Shown: positions 39,176 to 48,579 of the stretch, piece after piece
Layout of the letters: every line of letters starts with the position of its first letter
Position numbering within the stretch: position 1 is the first letter of the stretch
Assembly (NCBI GenBank): GCA_963797095.1
Contig: CAWCNY010000007.1
Location: 64,001 to 128,000, forward strand
Direction of reading: 5' to 3'
Length of the DNA stretch: 64,000 bases
Source: an uncultured Chloroflexia bacterium
Lineage (GTDB): Bacteria; Chloroflexota; Chloroflexia; QHBQ01; JADMIH01
The notes under the pieces: generated by a model
Seen by the model: only the letters and a program-made list of their open reading frames with translations
Databases searched by the model: none
What the model was told of the DNA's origin: nothing
Position numbers and translations under genes: made by a program

Positions 39176-39366
39176 TGTCTTGTCTCCTTGTTACCTCTGA
39201 TCGGCCCAGGAGACAACCTTTTGTCTCCTGGGCCGCAGTGACTTGCTTTTCACAATCCAAGTATGAGGTCGGCCACCCCCTTTTTGAAGGGACTGAGCCG
39301 TGACATTAGCATGGACAAGAGAGGGGACAAGAAGCGTGACAGAATGTACCACAGGAGTGCGCATGG

Positions 39367-39412
39367 CAACAAAAAGACGCCGCTTCTGCTCAGAAGCGGC
39401 GTCTTTTTGTTG
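39367..39412. terminator. Intrinsic terminator of jag operon
   Basis: caacaaaaagacgccgcttctg-ct-cagaagcggcgtctttttgttg. Confidence 0.9.
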
Positions 39413-39423
39413 CTTTACTTATT

Positions 39424-40479
39424 CTATTTAGCTGCCTCTTTAGGCAGCACCACCACCCGGCGCTCAGGCTCAACACCCGTCAACTCCGTCACCACCGCCG
39501 GGTGCTCGGAGAGGGTCATGTGGATGATGCGGCGCTCGTATGCAGGCATCGCCTCAAGTGGGATGGCCTGTTTGCGCGTCTCCACCTGCTCTGCCGTCCG
39601 GCGGGCCAGGTTCATCAGCGCAAGCTTGCGCCTGAGCCTCCAACCCTCTACGTCCACCGTCACACGTGCCCACAGATCAACCTTGCGACCAAGCACCAAA
39701 TTCAGCAAGAACTGGATCGCGTCCAGCGTTTCCCCGCGCCGCCCGACCAGATTGCTCTGGTCGCGCTCATTGAGGCCCACCACGTTCAACACGAGCGACT
39801 CGCTATCGTCGGGGAAGGCGGCTTCACCCTCCTCGGCGGCCTCGCGTCGCATGATGCGCCCGCGCACCCTCATTCCATTCAGGATCGTCTGGAGTATTTC
39901 GGCGGCCACAGGAGCCACTGCATCCTTCGGCGAAGCCAGGTCAGCCTCGGCCGCAGCGCCCGGCTGAAGCAACTCATCGACGGTCACACCGCCTGGCCCG
40001 CTTGCAACAGCCGCAGCGGCGGGGCGTGCACCTTCGTCAATGCGGTTGCCCCGGTTATCGTCCTCGTCAAACTCCTCATCCGTCGCGGGAAGCCCTTCCA
40101 TGCGATTGCCGCGAGGTGGGCGATCATAGCGGTCGAACCGGTCGCGCCCTCCGGCCCTGGGCGGGCGTTCCATGTAATCGGCGCGGTTGCCTCTGTCGCC
40201 CCCGCCCCGAGTTCCCTCGCGCCTGCCGTAGCCGCCCGCGCCGCCCGGTCTCGGGCCGCCGTAACCCTGGCGGCCCCTGGGCGAAATCTCATCGTGTGAC
40301 CTGCCCTGGGCTTGCCCGCCGCCTGCATCCGTGGTGGTAACCCGCACCAGCACTTCGTCCCCACCGGGGTCGGTCGCCAGTACCTCCACCTTCACCTGGT
40401 CCCTCGTGCGGCCCAACTGCTCCAATGCCAGCCGCACAGCCTCTTCAACGCTGCGGGCTTGTATATCTACGTGTCGCAA
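39424..40479 (-). CDS. jag: RNA-binding protein Jag/EloR/KhpB
   Basis: Jag_N ARSVEEAV, KH VGRRGETLDAIQ, R3H ERRIIH. Confidence 0.93.
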   Translation of the reverse strand: MRHVDIQARSVEEAVRLALEQLGRTRDQVKVEVLATDPGGDEVLVRVTTTDAGGGQAQGRSHDEISPRGRQGYGGPRPGGAGGYGRREGTRGGGDRGNRADYMERPPRAGGRDRFDRYDRPPRGNRMEGLPATDEEFDEDDNRGNRIDEGARPAAAAVASGPGGVTVDELLQPGAAAEADLASPKDAVAPVAAEILQTILNGMRVRGRIMRREAAEEGEAAFPDDSESLVLNVVGLNERDQSNLVGRRGETLDAIQFLLNLVLGRKVDLWARVTVDVEGWRLRRKLALMNLARRTAEQVETRKQAIPLEAMPAYERRIIHMTLSEHPAVVTELTGVEPERRVVVLPKEAAK

Positions 40480-40568
40480 GATTTCCCTCCTCGGTGACCA
40501 AATAGCCGGGATATATTACACATCATTTGCCCACCATCGGCTACTGATACCAGCAGTTATTTCCTATC

Positions 40569-41741
40569 TTATCGTTTCTTCTTCCTGGGCGGTAATTCGG
40601 TGGTTGCGGCACTGTTGTTCTGCTTGCGCATGTCCGACGCATACTTCACCGCCGGTGCGCCCGAATCCTTGCCGTTTGTACCGCTCGATTGCACTATCCT
40701 GATGTTCGGCTCGCTCGCCTTGCTCTTGACGCGAGCCGTCGCCGCACGCGCGCCGTTACGAGGCCGCTCCGCACGCGCGCCGGCACGCGCGCCGGCACTC
40801 GTACTGGTAGAGATCGCGCGCGTGGGCTCCCCCTCCTGCGCCACCCTGGCGCTGCCGCCGGTGCTCCCATCTTCGGTCTTGCGGGCCTCCTGCGCCTGAA
40901 GCGCACGGTCCATCATCCTGGTAATCAGGCCGCGACGTGCCGTACCCTCGGCGGGCTGCGGCGGAGGTTGTGGCGGTGTTACAGCCTTACGCGGCAGCCA
41001 TCCGAAGCCCGGGAAATCGGGCAACATACCGAAACCGGTAATGAAATACTGCTGCACCGCCCCGAACAGGCTTGAGAAAGCCCAGTAGATCACGTTGCCA
41101 ACGGGGAAGCCAAGCGAGATGAGCGTTATATAGATAGGCATGAGCTGCATCATACCGCTCATCATGCGCTGCTGGGCATCTACAGGAGCGTTAGGGTCGC
41201 GCCTCGGCATCGACATGCGTCCCTGGAAGAACTGGAAAAGACCCGACAGCACAGGCCAGATAAAGAGCGGGTCAGATGCCGCCAGGTTGGGCACCCACAA
41301 GAAGGGCGTTGCCCCGAAGTTGGCATAAGGGATCCAGTCGTGGTTCCAGAGGATGGCCTGTAGCTGGGTGACGTCTGTGCCGTGGTCGAGCGTAAATCGA
41401 AGGGCTGCATACAGGCCGAAGAATATAGGGATCTGCACCAACAGCGGGAAACAGCCGGCGGCAGGGTTGATGCCGTACTGGCTGTACAGCTTCATCGTTT
41501 CTTCCTGCTGCTTCGCCCGATCGTCCTTGTATCGCTTCTGAATCTCCTTCATCAAAGGCTGGATCGCCTGCATATTCCTGTTCGACCTGAGCGATTTCAT
41601 CGTCAAGGGAATAGTCAACGCCCTGATGAGGATCGTGAAGATGATGATCGACACGCCGGGAACGTGGACGACCGAGTTGATGGCAACCAGGATGTTGAGT
41701 AGCAGGTGCCACAGCGAGTCCCAAATAATGCCCAAGTCCAA
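40569..41741 (-). CDS. yidC: Membrane protein insertase YidC
   Basis: IIIFTILIR, NPAAGCFPLLVQIPIF, FLWVPNLA, IYW, QQY; long basic C-tail. Confidence 0.95.
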   Translation of the reverse strand: MDLGIIWDSLWHLLLNILVAINSVVHVPGVSIIIFTILIRALTIPLTMKSLRSNRNMQAIQPLMKEIQKRYKDDRAKQQEETMKLYSQYGINPAAGCFPLLVQIPIFFGLYAALRFTLDHGTDVTQLQAILWNHDWIPYANFGATPFLWVPNLAASDPLFIWPVLSGLFQFFQGRMSMPRRDPNAPVDAQQRMMSGMMQLMPIYITLISLGFPVGNVIYWAFSSLFGAVQQYFITGFGMLPDFPGFGWLPRKAVTPPQPPPQPAEGTARRGLITRMMDRALQAQEARKTEDGSTGGSARVAQEGEPTRAISTSTSAGARAGARAERPRNGARAATARVKSKASEPNIRIVQSSGTNGKDSGAPAVKYASDMRKQNNSAATTELPPRKKKR

Positions 41742-41772
41742 TCATTTTCTCCTGATGAATTACCTTAATTGC

Positions 41773-41988
41773 TCAAGGCACGGGATCGTGTCCGCCCTTG
41801 TTCCACGGGTTGCAGCGCATAACACGCCAGATTGCCATTCCGCCACCCTTGATAACACCGTACTTTTCTATCGCCTCGTAACCATAGTGCGAACAGGTGG
41901 GGTAGAAGCGGCAGGTGTCGGGAGGCAGCATCTTGGCCAGGGTATTCTGGTACCCGCGAATCATCCAGAGTACAGGTTTCCTTAGCAA
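41773..41988 (-). CDS. yidD: Membrane protein insertion efficiency factor YidD
   Basis: CRFYPTCSHY, RCNPWNKGGHDPVP; TTG start. Confidence 0.95.
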   Translation of the reverse strand: MLRKPVLWMIRGYQNTLAKMLPPDTCRFYPTCSHYGYEAIEKYGVIKGGGMAIWRVMRCNPWNKGGHDPVP

Positions 41989-42101
41989 TGCTTTTCCCCG
42001 AGTAATTAGTAACAATGAGTTATGAATGAGTGCTGGTAGTTGTCCCCCATCGGCAACTACTATATTATACGTGATCCGGCCATCTCTGTTGCACCTGATC
42101 A

Positions 42102-42491
42102 TCATTGCTGAGGCACAGCCCCTTCTTTTCCCCGCCCATCGTCGCGAAGCGGCGGCAGATCCCGCGTCGCCACTATGCGACTACGCTGCAAGAGATGATC
42201 CACCGCCTCGAGCACATCCCAGAAATTCGCCTCAACTATGGGTGCTTTCGCTATCCAGACGAGGTCCCAACCCGGCGTTACATGAGGTAGCCTGAGGCGT
42301 AGTGCCTCGCGAACAAGCCTCCTGGCCCGGTTGCGCGCTACAGCTTTGCCGATCTTCTTGCCGGTGATGAACCCACAGCGTACTACGCCCTCACTATTGG
42401 GGGCGGCGTTTAGCACCAGCAAGCCCGAACCCCACTTGCGCCCTGCTTTTCGTACTCGCTCGAACTGTGCGCTCTTCCGCAGCCGTTCCAT
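42102..42491 (-). CDS. rnpA: Ribonuclease P protein component
   Basis: RLRKSAQF, KKIGKAVARNRARR. Confidence 0.95.
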   Translation of the reverse strand: MERLRKSAQFERVRKAGRKWGSGLLVLNAAPNSEGVVRCGFITGKKIGKAVARNRARRLVREALRLRLPHVTPGWDLVWIAKAPIVEANFWDVLEAVDHLLQRSRIVATRDLPPLRDDGRGKEGAVPQQ

Positions 42492-42547
42492 TGGAAAAGA
42501 CGACTGGCGAAAGACGAACGCTATTTCATACTGCGTACTGCTTGTCT

Positions 42548-42586
42548 CGCCACTCGTCACTCGTCACTCGTCACTCGCCACTCGTC
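42548..42586. repeat. Heptamer array (CACTCGY)x~5 between rpmH and rnpA
   Basis: cgccactcgtcactcgtcactcgtcactcgccactcgtc. Confidence 0.9.
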
Positions 42587-42599
42587 GCTTTCATCGTTC

Positions 42600-42761
42600 C
42601 TAGCGTACGCCTTTGCGCTCGTCGCTGACAGATAAGGCCCACCGGCCCTTGGCGCGGCGCATAGAGATCACTCTTCTGCCGCCCTTTGTGCGCATCCGCG
42701 CCAGGAAACCATGCTCGCGTTTGCGAGGGATGCGCTTCGGTTGGTACGTTCTTTTGACCAT
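42600..42761 (-). CDS. rpmH: 50S ribosomal protein L34 (53 aa, absent from ORF track)
   Basis: Manual translation [53 protein letters not shown]; GAGGAG RBS. Confidence 0.97.
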   Translation of the reverse strand: MVKRTYQPKRIPRKREHGFLARMRTKGGRRVISMRRAKGRWALSVSDERKGVR

Positions 42762-42839
42762 TTTTGCTCAGTCTCTCCTCGTATTTTGGAGCCGTACATT
42801 CGGACGGCACAATACCCCAGTTTACAGAATATACAGGCC

Positions 42840-42869
42840 ATTATACGTGATGCCCGCGCACGATGTCAA
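42840..42869 (-). promoter_or_regulatory. Consensus sigma70 promoter of rpmH operon
   Basis: TTGACA-18 nt-TATAAT on minus strand. Confidence 0.85.
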
Positions 42870-42891
42870 CCGCGCGCAAGACCCGGCAAGA

Positions 42892-43027
42892 CCCTGTCAG
42901 GGGCGCAGGGGTCCTCCCCTGACAGGGGGTTTGGGGGGTGTCCCCCAACTCTTCCCCACTATTTATTCCCCCCTTTCCCCGCAAAGCGGGGTGCCGACGA
43001 AGGAGGCGGGGGCCGGGGGTGAGGGGT
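42892..43027. repeat. Two adjacent REP-like palindromic elements
   Basis: ccctgtcagggg...cccctgacaggg, ttgggggg-tgt-cccccaa, then cccctttccccgc...gggggccgggggtgagggg. Confidence 0.65.
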
Positions 43028-43125
43028 CTTTGCATGCATCCGCCTAAGAATCCTAGCAAGAAACCTACCCTTGATAGCCTCATCTCGGCTGGGTGAGGGG
43101 TCTATCCCCCGAGAAAGGCCAGCCC

Positions 43126-43818
43126 TCACAGCCCGGCTTCTGAACTGACCTTAGGGCGCGCCAGGTACGCCTGGTAAGCAGCAATCACCAGCAGCAGGTA
43201 CGAGAATCCCAGCGCATAGCCCCCCAGCGCATCGGATGCCCAGTGCTGCCCCATATAAACACGCGATGGACCGACCAGCACGATCATCAACCCACACACA
43301 ACCATCACCCCTCGTTGCGCCAAAGAGTGCCTGGGCAATTGTGTATAGGCCAGATAGAAAATAAACCCGAACAGCACAGTATAACCCGTCACGTGCCCGC
43401 TCGGAAAAGAATAAGTCCCCAGCGGCGCATAAATATGTGCTAAATCGGGAGTTGGGCGCGGGCGGTCCACCAGGTTCTTCACCACTTCAGCCAATATCCC
43501 CCCAGCCGACGCTATCACCGTAAAAATAGCCTGCATAAACCAACGCATGCCCACCATAAAGAGAATAATCAGGCTGGACATGAACAAGTTCCAGGGCCAG
43601 AACCCCGGCAAGCTCACAGCCACCAGCACATCGCCCACCGGCACAGCCGGAAACTCCTGCACCTCATGAGTGATACTGAGATCCCAGGGCGTGGGCTGTA
43701 AGTCCGCGCGCAACACGAGAGCGGTCAATAGCGTAAATATAAGCGCGAGTGTGGCAGCCACCACGAGCAGTATATGTCCGCGCAACAGGGCGATAATGCG
43801 TGCCATGATTTGCTCCAT
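43126..43818 (-). CDS. PAP2 family phosphatase
   Basis: KNLVDRPRP, SFPSGH, SRVYMGQHWASD. Confidence 0.93.
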   Translation of the reverse strand: MEQIMARIIALLRGHILLVVAATLALIFTLLTALVLRADLQPTPWDLSITHEVQEFPAVPVGDVLVAVSLPGFWPWNLFMSSLIILFMVGMRWFMQAIFTVIASAGGILAEVVKNLVDRPRPTPDLAHIYAPLGTYSFPSGHVTGYTVLFGFIFYLAYTQLPRHSLAQRGVMVVCGLMIVLVGPSRVYMGQHWASDALGGYALGFSYLLLVIAAYQAYLARPKVSSEAGL

Positions 43819-43833
43819 TTTCGCATATACCTA

Positions 43834-43862
43834 TTGACAATGCTAAGGGCATGTGCTAGAGT
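43834..43862 (+). promoter_or_regulatory. Sigma70-type promoter of Yip1 gene
   Basis: TTGACA-17 nt-TAGAGT with TG extension. Confidence 0.6.
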
Positions 43863-43987
43863 ACGCGAAAGCACGGCACGCCACAAGAGGCCGAGCATTT
43901 ATGCTTGTTCCTGAGTAACCAAACTTTCCGCCCATTCCAATATTGAGCCGACGGGCCGCATACGGCCCGTGGAAAGGAGACCGGATA

Positions 43988-44965
43988 ATGTCGTACAACC
44001 CCGAATCAGGTGGTAGCACAGAACCGACCGGGGGCAACGAAACCCGAAACATGGGTGATGCCGGGCAACCGGGCGCGCCAGACGGGCAGCCAACCCAGCC
44101 CGCAGGCGGCATGCCCACAATGCCCACAGGTGGCTATACCCCACCACCTCCCCCCCCACCGCCACCTTCCGGCGGCTATACCCCACCCCCCGGTGGAGCT
44201 GGCGGCTACACACCTCCGCCCCCACCTCCTGGCGGCTATGGCTACGGCGCGCCTCCACCTCCCCCAACCCCTCCACCGGGCGGGGGCATCAATATGGCCG
44301 ACATCAGCAAGGTTGACTACCAGAACCTCATGCAAAAGTACATCAATGTCCTGACCAAGCCCAATGTGGCGGTGTACGATGCGGAGATTCCACAAGCCAA
44401 CTGGATGACAGTCCTGATAGGCGTCGTTGCGGTAACAGTGGTTACCCTCATATTCCGCCTCATTTCCGCCCTGGTGTTCGCCGGAGCAGTAAACTCCTCG
44501 TTCTCCCAGCTTCAGAGCCAGTTGAATCAGCAGGGCAGCAACGTAGACCTATCCTTCATGAATAACCTTAGTGGCGCAAGCGTCGCAACCGCCTTCGGAT
44601 CGATCATCAGCGTGCCCCTCGCCTTCTTCCTGGGCGCGGGCCTTCTCTTCCTGATGGGCAGGCTCTTCGGTGGCACAGGCAGCAACTTCATGACGCACAG
44701 CTACCTCCTCTCCCTCAGTTGGACCCCCACCCGCATCATCGCGGCGGTGCTCTCCATCATTCCCTTTGTGAGCATCCTGGGCAGCCTCCTCTTCCTCTAC
44801 CAGATCTACCACGCGGGCCTCGCCCTACAGTCATCGCAAAGAATGACCTCGGGGAGAGCACAACTGGCGGCTTGGTTGCCCCTTCTCGTCGGCATATTGC
44901 TCTTCTGCTTGATCATCGTGCTATGCTTCGGCATAATCCTCGCCGCGATCAACGGAAACAGCTAA
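43988..44965 (+). CDS. Yip1-like membrane protein with Pro/Gly-rich N-terminus
   Basis: AAAGGAG RBS; GGYTPPPP repeats; five TMs with GRLFGGTG. Confidence 0.8.
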   Translation: MSYNPESGGSTEPTGGNETRNMGDAGQPGAPDGQPTQPAGGMPTMPTGGYTPPPPPPPPPSGGYTPPPGGAGGYTPPPPPPGGYGYGAPPPPPTPPPGGGINMADISKVDYQNLMQKYINVLTKPNVAVYDAEIPQANWMTVLIGVVAVTVVTLIFRLISALVFAGAVNSSFSQLQSQLNQQGSNVDLSFMNNLSGASVATAFGSIISVPLAFFLGAGLLFLMGRLFGGTGSNFMTHSYLLSLSWTPTRIIAAVLSIIPFVSILGSLLFLYQIYHAGLALQSSQRMTSGRAQLAAWLPLLVGILLFCLIIVLCFGIILAAINGNS

Positions 44966-45013
44966 TCACACCTACACCTAACTAACCGAAAACAAACGCA
45001 GAACCTGTTACTA

Positions 45014-45058
45014 AAGAAGCCGGAAACGGCGGCCAAGGCCGCCATTTCCGGCTTCTTT
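45014..45058 (+). terminator. Intrinsic terminator
   Basis: aagaagccggaaacggcggcc-aa-ggccgccatttccggcttcttt. Confidence 0.85.
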
Positions 45059-45077
45059 GTGTGCTCTCTCCAAAACA

Positions 45078-45128
45078 TGGGGATGGGTTGGGGTTGGGAT
45101 TGGGATTGGGGTTGGGGTTGGGATTGGG
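45078..45128. repeat. Hexamer array (TGGGRT)n
   Basis: gggttggggttgggattgggattggggttggggttgggattggg. Confidence 0.85.
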
Positions 45129-45344
45129 CCTTCGGGCATTCCCGAACGCATAACTATCCTAACTTTGTCGTGCTCGGCCCTTAAAAACTGCGTACAAACC
45201 CACGATCACCACCACTACAAGCAGCAAGTGCCAGGGCGCACGACCGCCCCACCCCAGAACAAGACCAACCAGGTATATCAATCCTAGCCCAACCACCAGG
45301 CCCCATACCAGGCGCTCATCCTTCATCAAGGGCGATTATAGCAC

Positions 45345-45423
45345 GGACGACGGGCGAAAGACGAAGGACGATAGTTCCTGATCACTCGCCACTCGTCACT
45401 CGCCACTCATCGTCCATCGTCGC
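45345..45423. repeat. Composite heptamer element (GACGAAG / CACTCGY / CATCGTC)
   Basis: Complementary outer arms around CACTCG units. Confidence 0.65.
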
Positions 45424-45424
45424 C

Positions 45425-45601
45425 TTACACCGCTCTCCGTCCGGTGAGCAAGTTATAGATAATCACTATGATCGCTACTACCAGCAACAGGTGCAGCAGC
45501 CATCCGGCTGCGCCTGCCGCCCAACCAAGTAGAATGCCGATCAACCAGATCACAACCAGAATTACCGCTATTGTCCAAAGAATACTGACTAAACTACCCA
45601 T
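45425..45601 (-). CDS. Small two-TM membrane protein (lmo0937/DUF5670-like)
   Basis: AAGGAGG RBS; LWTIAVILVVIWLIG...LHLLLVVAIIVIIYNLLTGRR. Confidence 0.9.
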   Translation of the reverse strand: MGSLVSILWTIAVILVVIWLIGILLGWAAGAAGWLLHLLLVVAIIVIIYNLLTGRRAV

Positions 45602-45730
45602 TGTGGATGTCCTCCTTATTCCTTCCAATATTCTACTTCCGCCAGGATGTATGTAAGAACAATTGCAAAAACCGTGCCAATGGATAGTCCAAAACCTGTC
45701 CCGTTTTGGCAGAGCAAAGTCCCTTAGTTA

Positions 45731-46102
45731 ATGAGGGGGAGAATAAGCAACCCCAACGACACAAAGCAAGGAGGACAAAATGGAGAAAATGGAATTAGCG
45801 GCGCTCACCCCAGGCAGGAGATCATACCGGGCGTTATCGTTCAACCTGAGCCAGCACAAAACGGCACCCTCGATACCGAAATCGCGATCCTGCGCGGCGC
45901 GCTTCGCCAAATGGCCGACTGCATAGAAAACACCGAGCACAAGGGCAACATCCCCATGTACATAGGCATCCTGGCGCGCGTGGCCAACTCCCGCGTGCGC
46001 GCCCTCCTGGCAGCCCACAAACTCGACAAACCGAACAAAGACCAAACGCAAATCCAGATCAAAACCATCTTCAAAGCCCTCGGCTGGGACGACCAACCCT
46101 AG
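45731..46102 (+). CDS. Phage-like protein, possible terminase small subunit (start uncertain, may be degraded)
   Basis: LDTEIAILRGALRQM helical motif; position two genes before terminase. Confidence 0.45.
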   Translation: MRGRISNPNDTKQGGQNGENGISGAHPRQEIIPGVIVQPEPAQNGTLDTEIAILRGALRQMADCIENTEHKGNIPMYIGILARVANSRVRALLAAHKLDKPNKDQTQIQIKTIFKALGWDDQP

Positions 46103-46189
46103 CCACCTGTATGAGGGCGCACACAAGGCCTATTCACCCCTCCAACCAAACCGCCCAAACATACACAAAAGTAACGCAAGGAAGAACCG

Positions 46190-46432
46190 ATGAACCGAGA
46201 ACGCATACTAATCAACAAAAATGCCGCAATCCACACAAACAAAGACACCCGCCGCCCCAACGAAGACGAACCCCTCGATGATCGCCCCAGATCCGTCTAC
46301 GAGATCGTGACCAGGCAAATGCTCCAGGACCTGCGCTCCGACCTCGACGAGATCAAAAGCAGGGTAAACACCCTCCTCTGGATCACCGCGGGCGCGGTAA
46401 TCCTCGATTTCATAACAAAACTCATCAAATAG
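46190..46432 (+). CDS. Small coiled-coil protein with C-terminal TM (phage module)
   Basis: AAGGA RBS; VTRQMLQDLRSDLDEIKSRVNTLLWITAGAVILDF. Confidence 0.7.
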   Translation: MNRERILINKNAAIHTNKDTRRPNEDEPLDDRPRSVYEIVTRQMLQDLRSDLDEIKSRVNTLLWITAGAVILDFITKLIK

Positions 46433-46446
46433 AAAGGACACCCCCT

Positions 46447-47658
46447 ATGGCCTCAATCACCAACCACCCCACCGGTGCCAACCCCCACGATCTGGGCCGC
46501 TTCTCCCGCCAGGTCTGGCCCCGCTACGCCCTCCGCCCCTACCAATCAGATGTAGCCCGCAGGATCCTCAACTCCATAGACGGCTATGCCGCCAAACAAA
46601 TAGCCATGGTATTCGCCCGCCAATCGGGCAAAGACGAGCTACTGGCCCAACTCTGCGCCTACCTCATGTGGCGCGCCCACATCAAAGGCGGCTCCATCAT
46701 CACCGTAAACCCCACCTACAGGCCCCAGGGCATGATCGGCAGGCGCAGGCTTCAGGAGCGCTTCCAACCCCTCCTCGTAGACGGCACACCCCCGCTTCTC
46801 ACCGAAGGCCCAACCCTCCGCCTCGGCAAAGCATCCACCGGCTTCCTCTCGGCCTACCCGCAGGCCCAGGCGCGGGGCGAAACCGCCTCCATCCTCATGA
46901 TCGCCAATGAGGCCCAGGACATCTCGCCCGCCCGCCGCGCCCACATGCGAGGCGACCACCCTCGCGCCCGCTCGGCCACCCCCGGCAAGCACTACGCCCT
47001 CCTCCTCGACGTAGCAGGAGCTGATGAGATTTCCGATTTCAGATTTCGAATTGCAGATTTTGACGATCCCGGCACAATCCAAAATCCAAGATCTAAAATC
47101 CAAAATCGCGACATGACCGCCCTCACCGTAGTGGAGGTAGACCTCTCCGGCCTCGATGATCCGCTCACCCTACGCCCCCGCTACCGCGTGGTCGCCCGCC
47201 GCCTCTGGGTGGGCACTCCCCACCCCCAACTCTACGCCGACCTCGCCGACCTCGCCGACCTCGCGCGTAACGTCTGGCAAGCCCGCTGGCGCGTCGTAGA
47301 TGCCACCGGCGTGGGCGCGGGTCTCGCGGGTTTCCTCCAGCAGGCTCTCCCCGGCAAGGTCGTCCCCTTCATCTTCACAGCCCACAGCAAATCCCAACTC
47401 GGTTGGGACTTCCTCGCTCTCGTAGAAAGCGGACGCTACAAAGAATATGTCGAAGACGACGAATCCGACACGGGCACCTTCTGGGCGCAAGTAGAGGTAT
47501 GCCGCTCCCAGGTCTCCGACGCCCCTGGCCGCCTTCTGCGCTGGGGCATAGAAGACCCCCACACCCACGACGACCTCCTGATAAACGCCCCCCTTTGCGC
47601 CCTCCTCGACCGCCTCGACCGCCTCGACTGGCGACCCCGCATAGCCCGAGGCCGGTAA
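46447..47658 (+). pseudogene. Terminase large subunit, apparently internally deleted
   Basis: LRPYQ, Walker A FARQSGKDE, Walker B-like IANEAQD, nuclease LLDVAG, VDATGVG, HDD; Walker B is only about 30 aa from the nuclease Asp. Confidence 0.8.
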
Positions 47659-47665
47659 CGTATCC

Positions 47666-47695
47666 TTGACACCACATACCGGCGTTACCTATAGT
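47666..47695 (+). promoter_or_regulatory. Promoter of methyltransferase
   Basis: TTGACA-18 nt-TATAGT directly after terminase stop. Confidence 0.65.
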
Positions 47696-47739
47696 AAGCG
47701 AAGAATAGCGAAGCCTGCCGGAACAATAGGAGGCAGCAG

Positions 47740-48579
47740 GTGTTAACTCCCGATTATGATGCAGCGGTGAACAAGCACTACGGGCGCAATGACCTGATGG
47801 AAACTATCCTGGCAGGTTTGCGGGCCGCGGGCAAGGACCCCGACCACATCACCTACGAAGACCTCACGCCGGTCGATAACTTCCACACGCGCGGCAGAGA
47901 CTCCACGCGCGAGCTTGCCCGGCTTGCAGGCTTCAGCCCCGGCTTGAATGTGCTCGATATGGGAGGCGGGTTGGGCGGCCCCGCCCGCCTCCTTGCCGCC
48001 GAATGCGGTATCCATGTGACCGTGCTAGACCTCACCGAGGAATACTGCCGCGTAGGCCAACTGCTCACCGAGCGCGTCGGCCTCGCCGGCCTCGTCACCT
48101 TTCGTGTAGGCAACGCCCTCGACCTCCCCTTCCCCGGTGCCGCCTTCGACGCGGTGTGGACCCAGCATAGCTCCATGAACATCCCCGACAAAGAGCGCCT
48201 CTATTCCGAGGTCCATAGAGTGCTCAAGCCGCGCGGCAAGCTGGCTTTGCACGAGATCATGGGCACGAGCCTCGGACCTGTCCACTTCCCAGTGCCCTGG
48301 GCGGGTGTGCCCGAAATAAGTTTCGTGCGCCCCGCTGAAGAGATGCGTGCGCTCCTGGCAAGCTCAGGCTTCCGCGAAACCGCCTGGATCGACGTGTCCG
48401 GCCCCTCCCTAGACTTCTTTCACATGCTCAGCGAAACAACATCCCCTGGCTCAAGCGCACCAGGGCGAACCAATCTCTTCCTGGGAAACCAGGCAAATGC
48501 CGCCTTCATAAACCAGGCGCGTAACCTGGAAGAAGGTCTCACCGTCGTGATCATGGCCGCTTACGAAAGAGAGGACTAG
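47740..48579 (+). CDS. Class I SAM methyltransferase (sarcosine/tocopherol MT-like)
   Basis: DNFHTRG, VLDMGGGLGGPAR, FDAVWTQHSSMNI. Confidence 0.9.
   Translation: MLTPDYDAAVNKHYGRNDLMETILAGLRAAGKDPDHITYEDLTPVDNFHTRGRDSTRELARLAGFSPGLNVLDMGGGLGGPARLLAAECGIHVTVLDLTEEYCRVGQLLTERVGLAGLVTFRVGNALDLPFPGAAFDAVWTQHSSMNIPDKERLYSEVHRVLKPRGKLALHEIMGTSLGPVHFPVPWAGVPEISFVRPAEEMRALLASSGFRETAWIDVSGPSLDFFHMLSETTSPGSSAPGRTNLFLGNQANAAFINQARNLEEGLTVVIMAAYERED

Noticed and set aside
45078-45128. Telomere-like or G-quadruplex function for the GGGTTG array
   Set aside because: G4-forming potential is plausible but nothing else supports a function; kept only as a repeat
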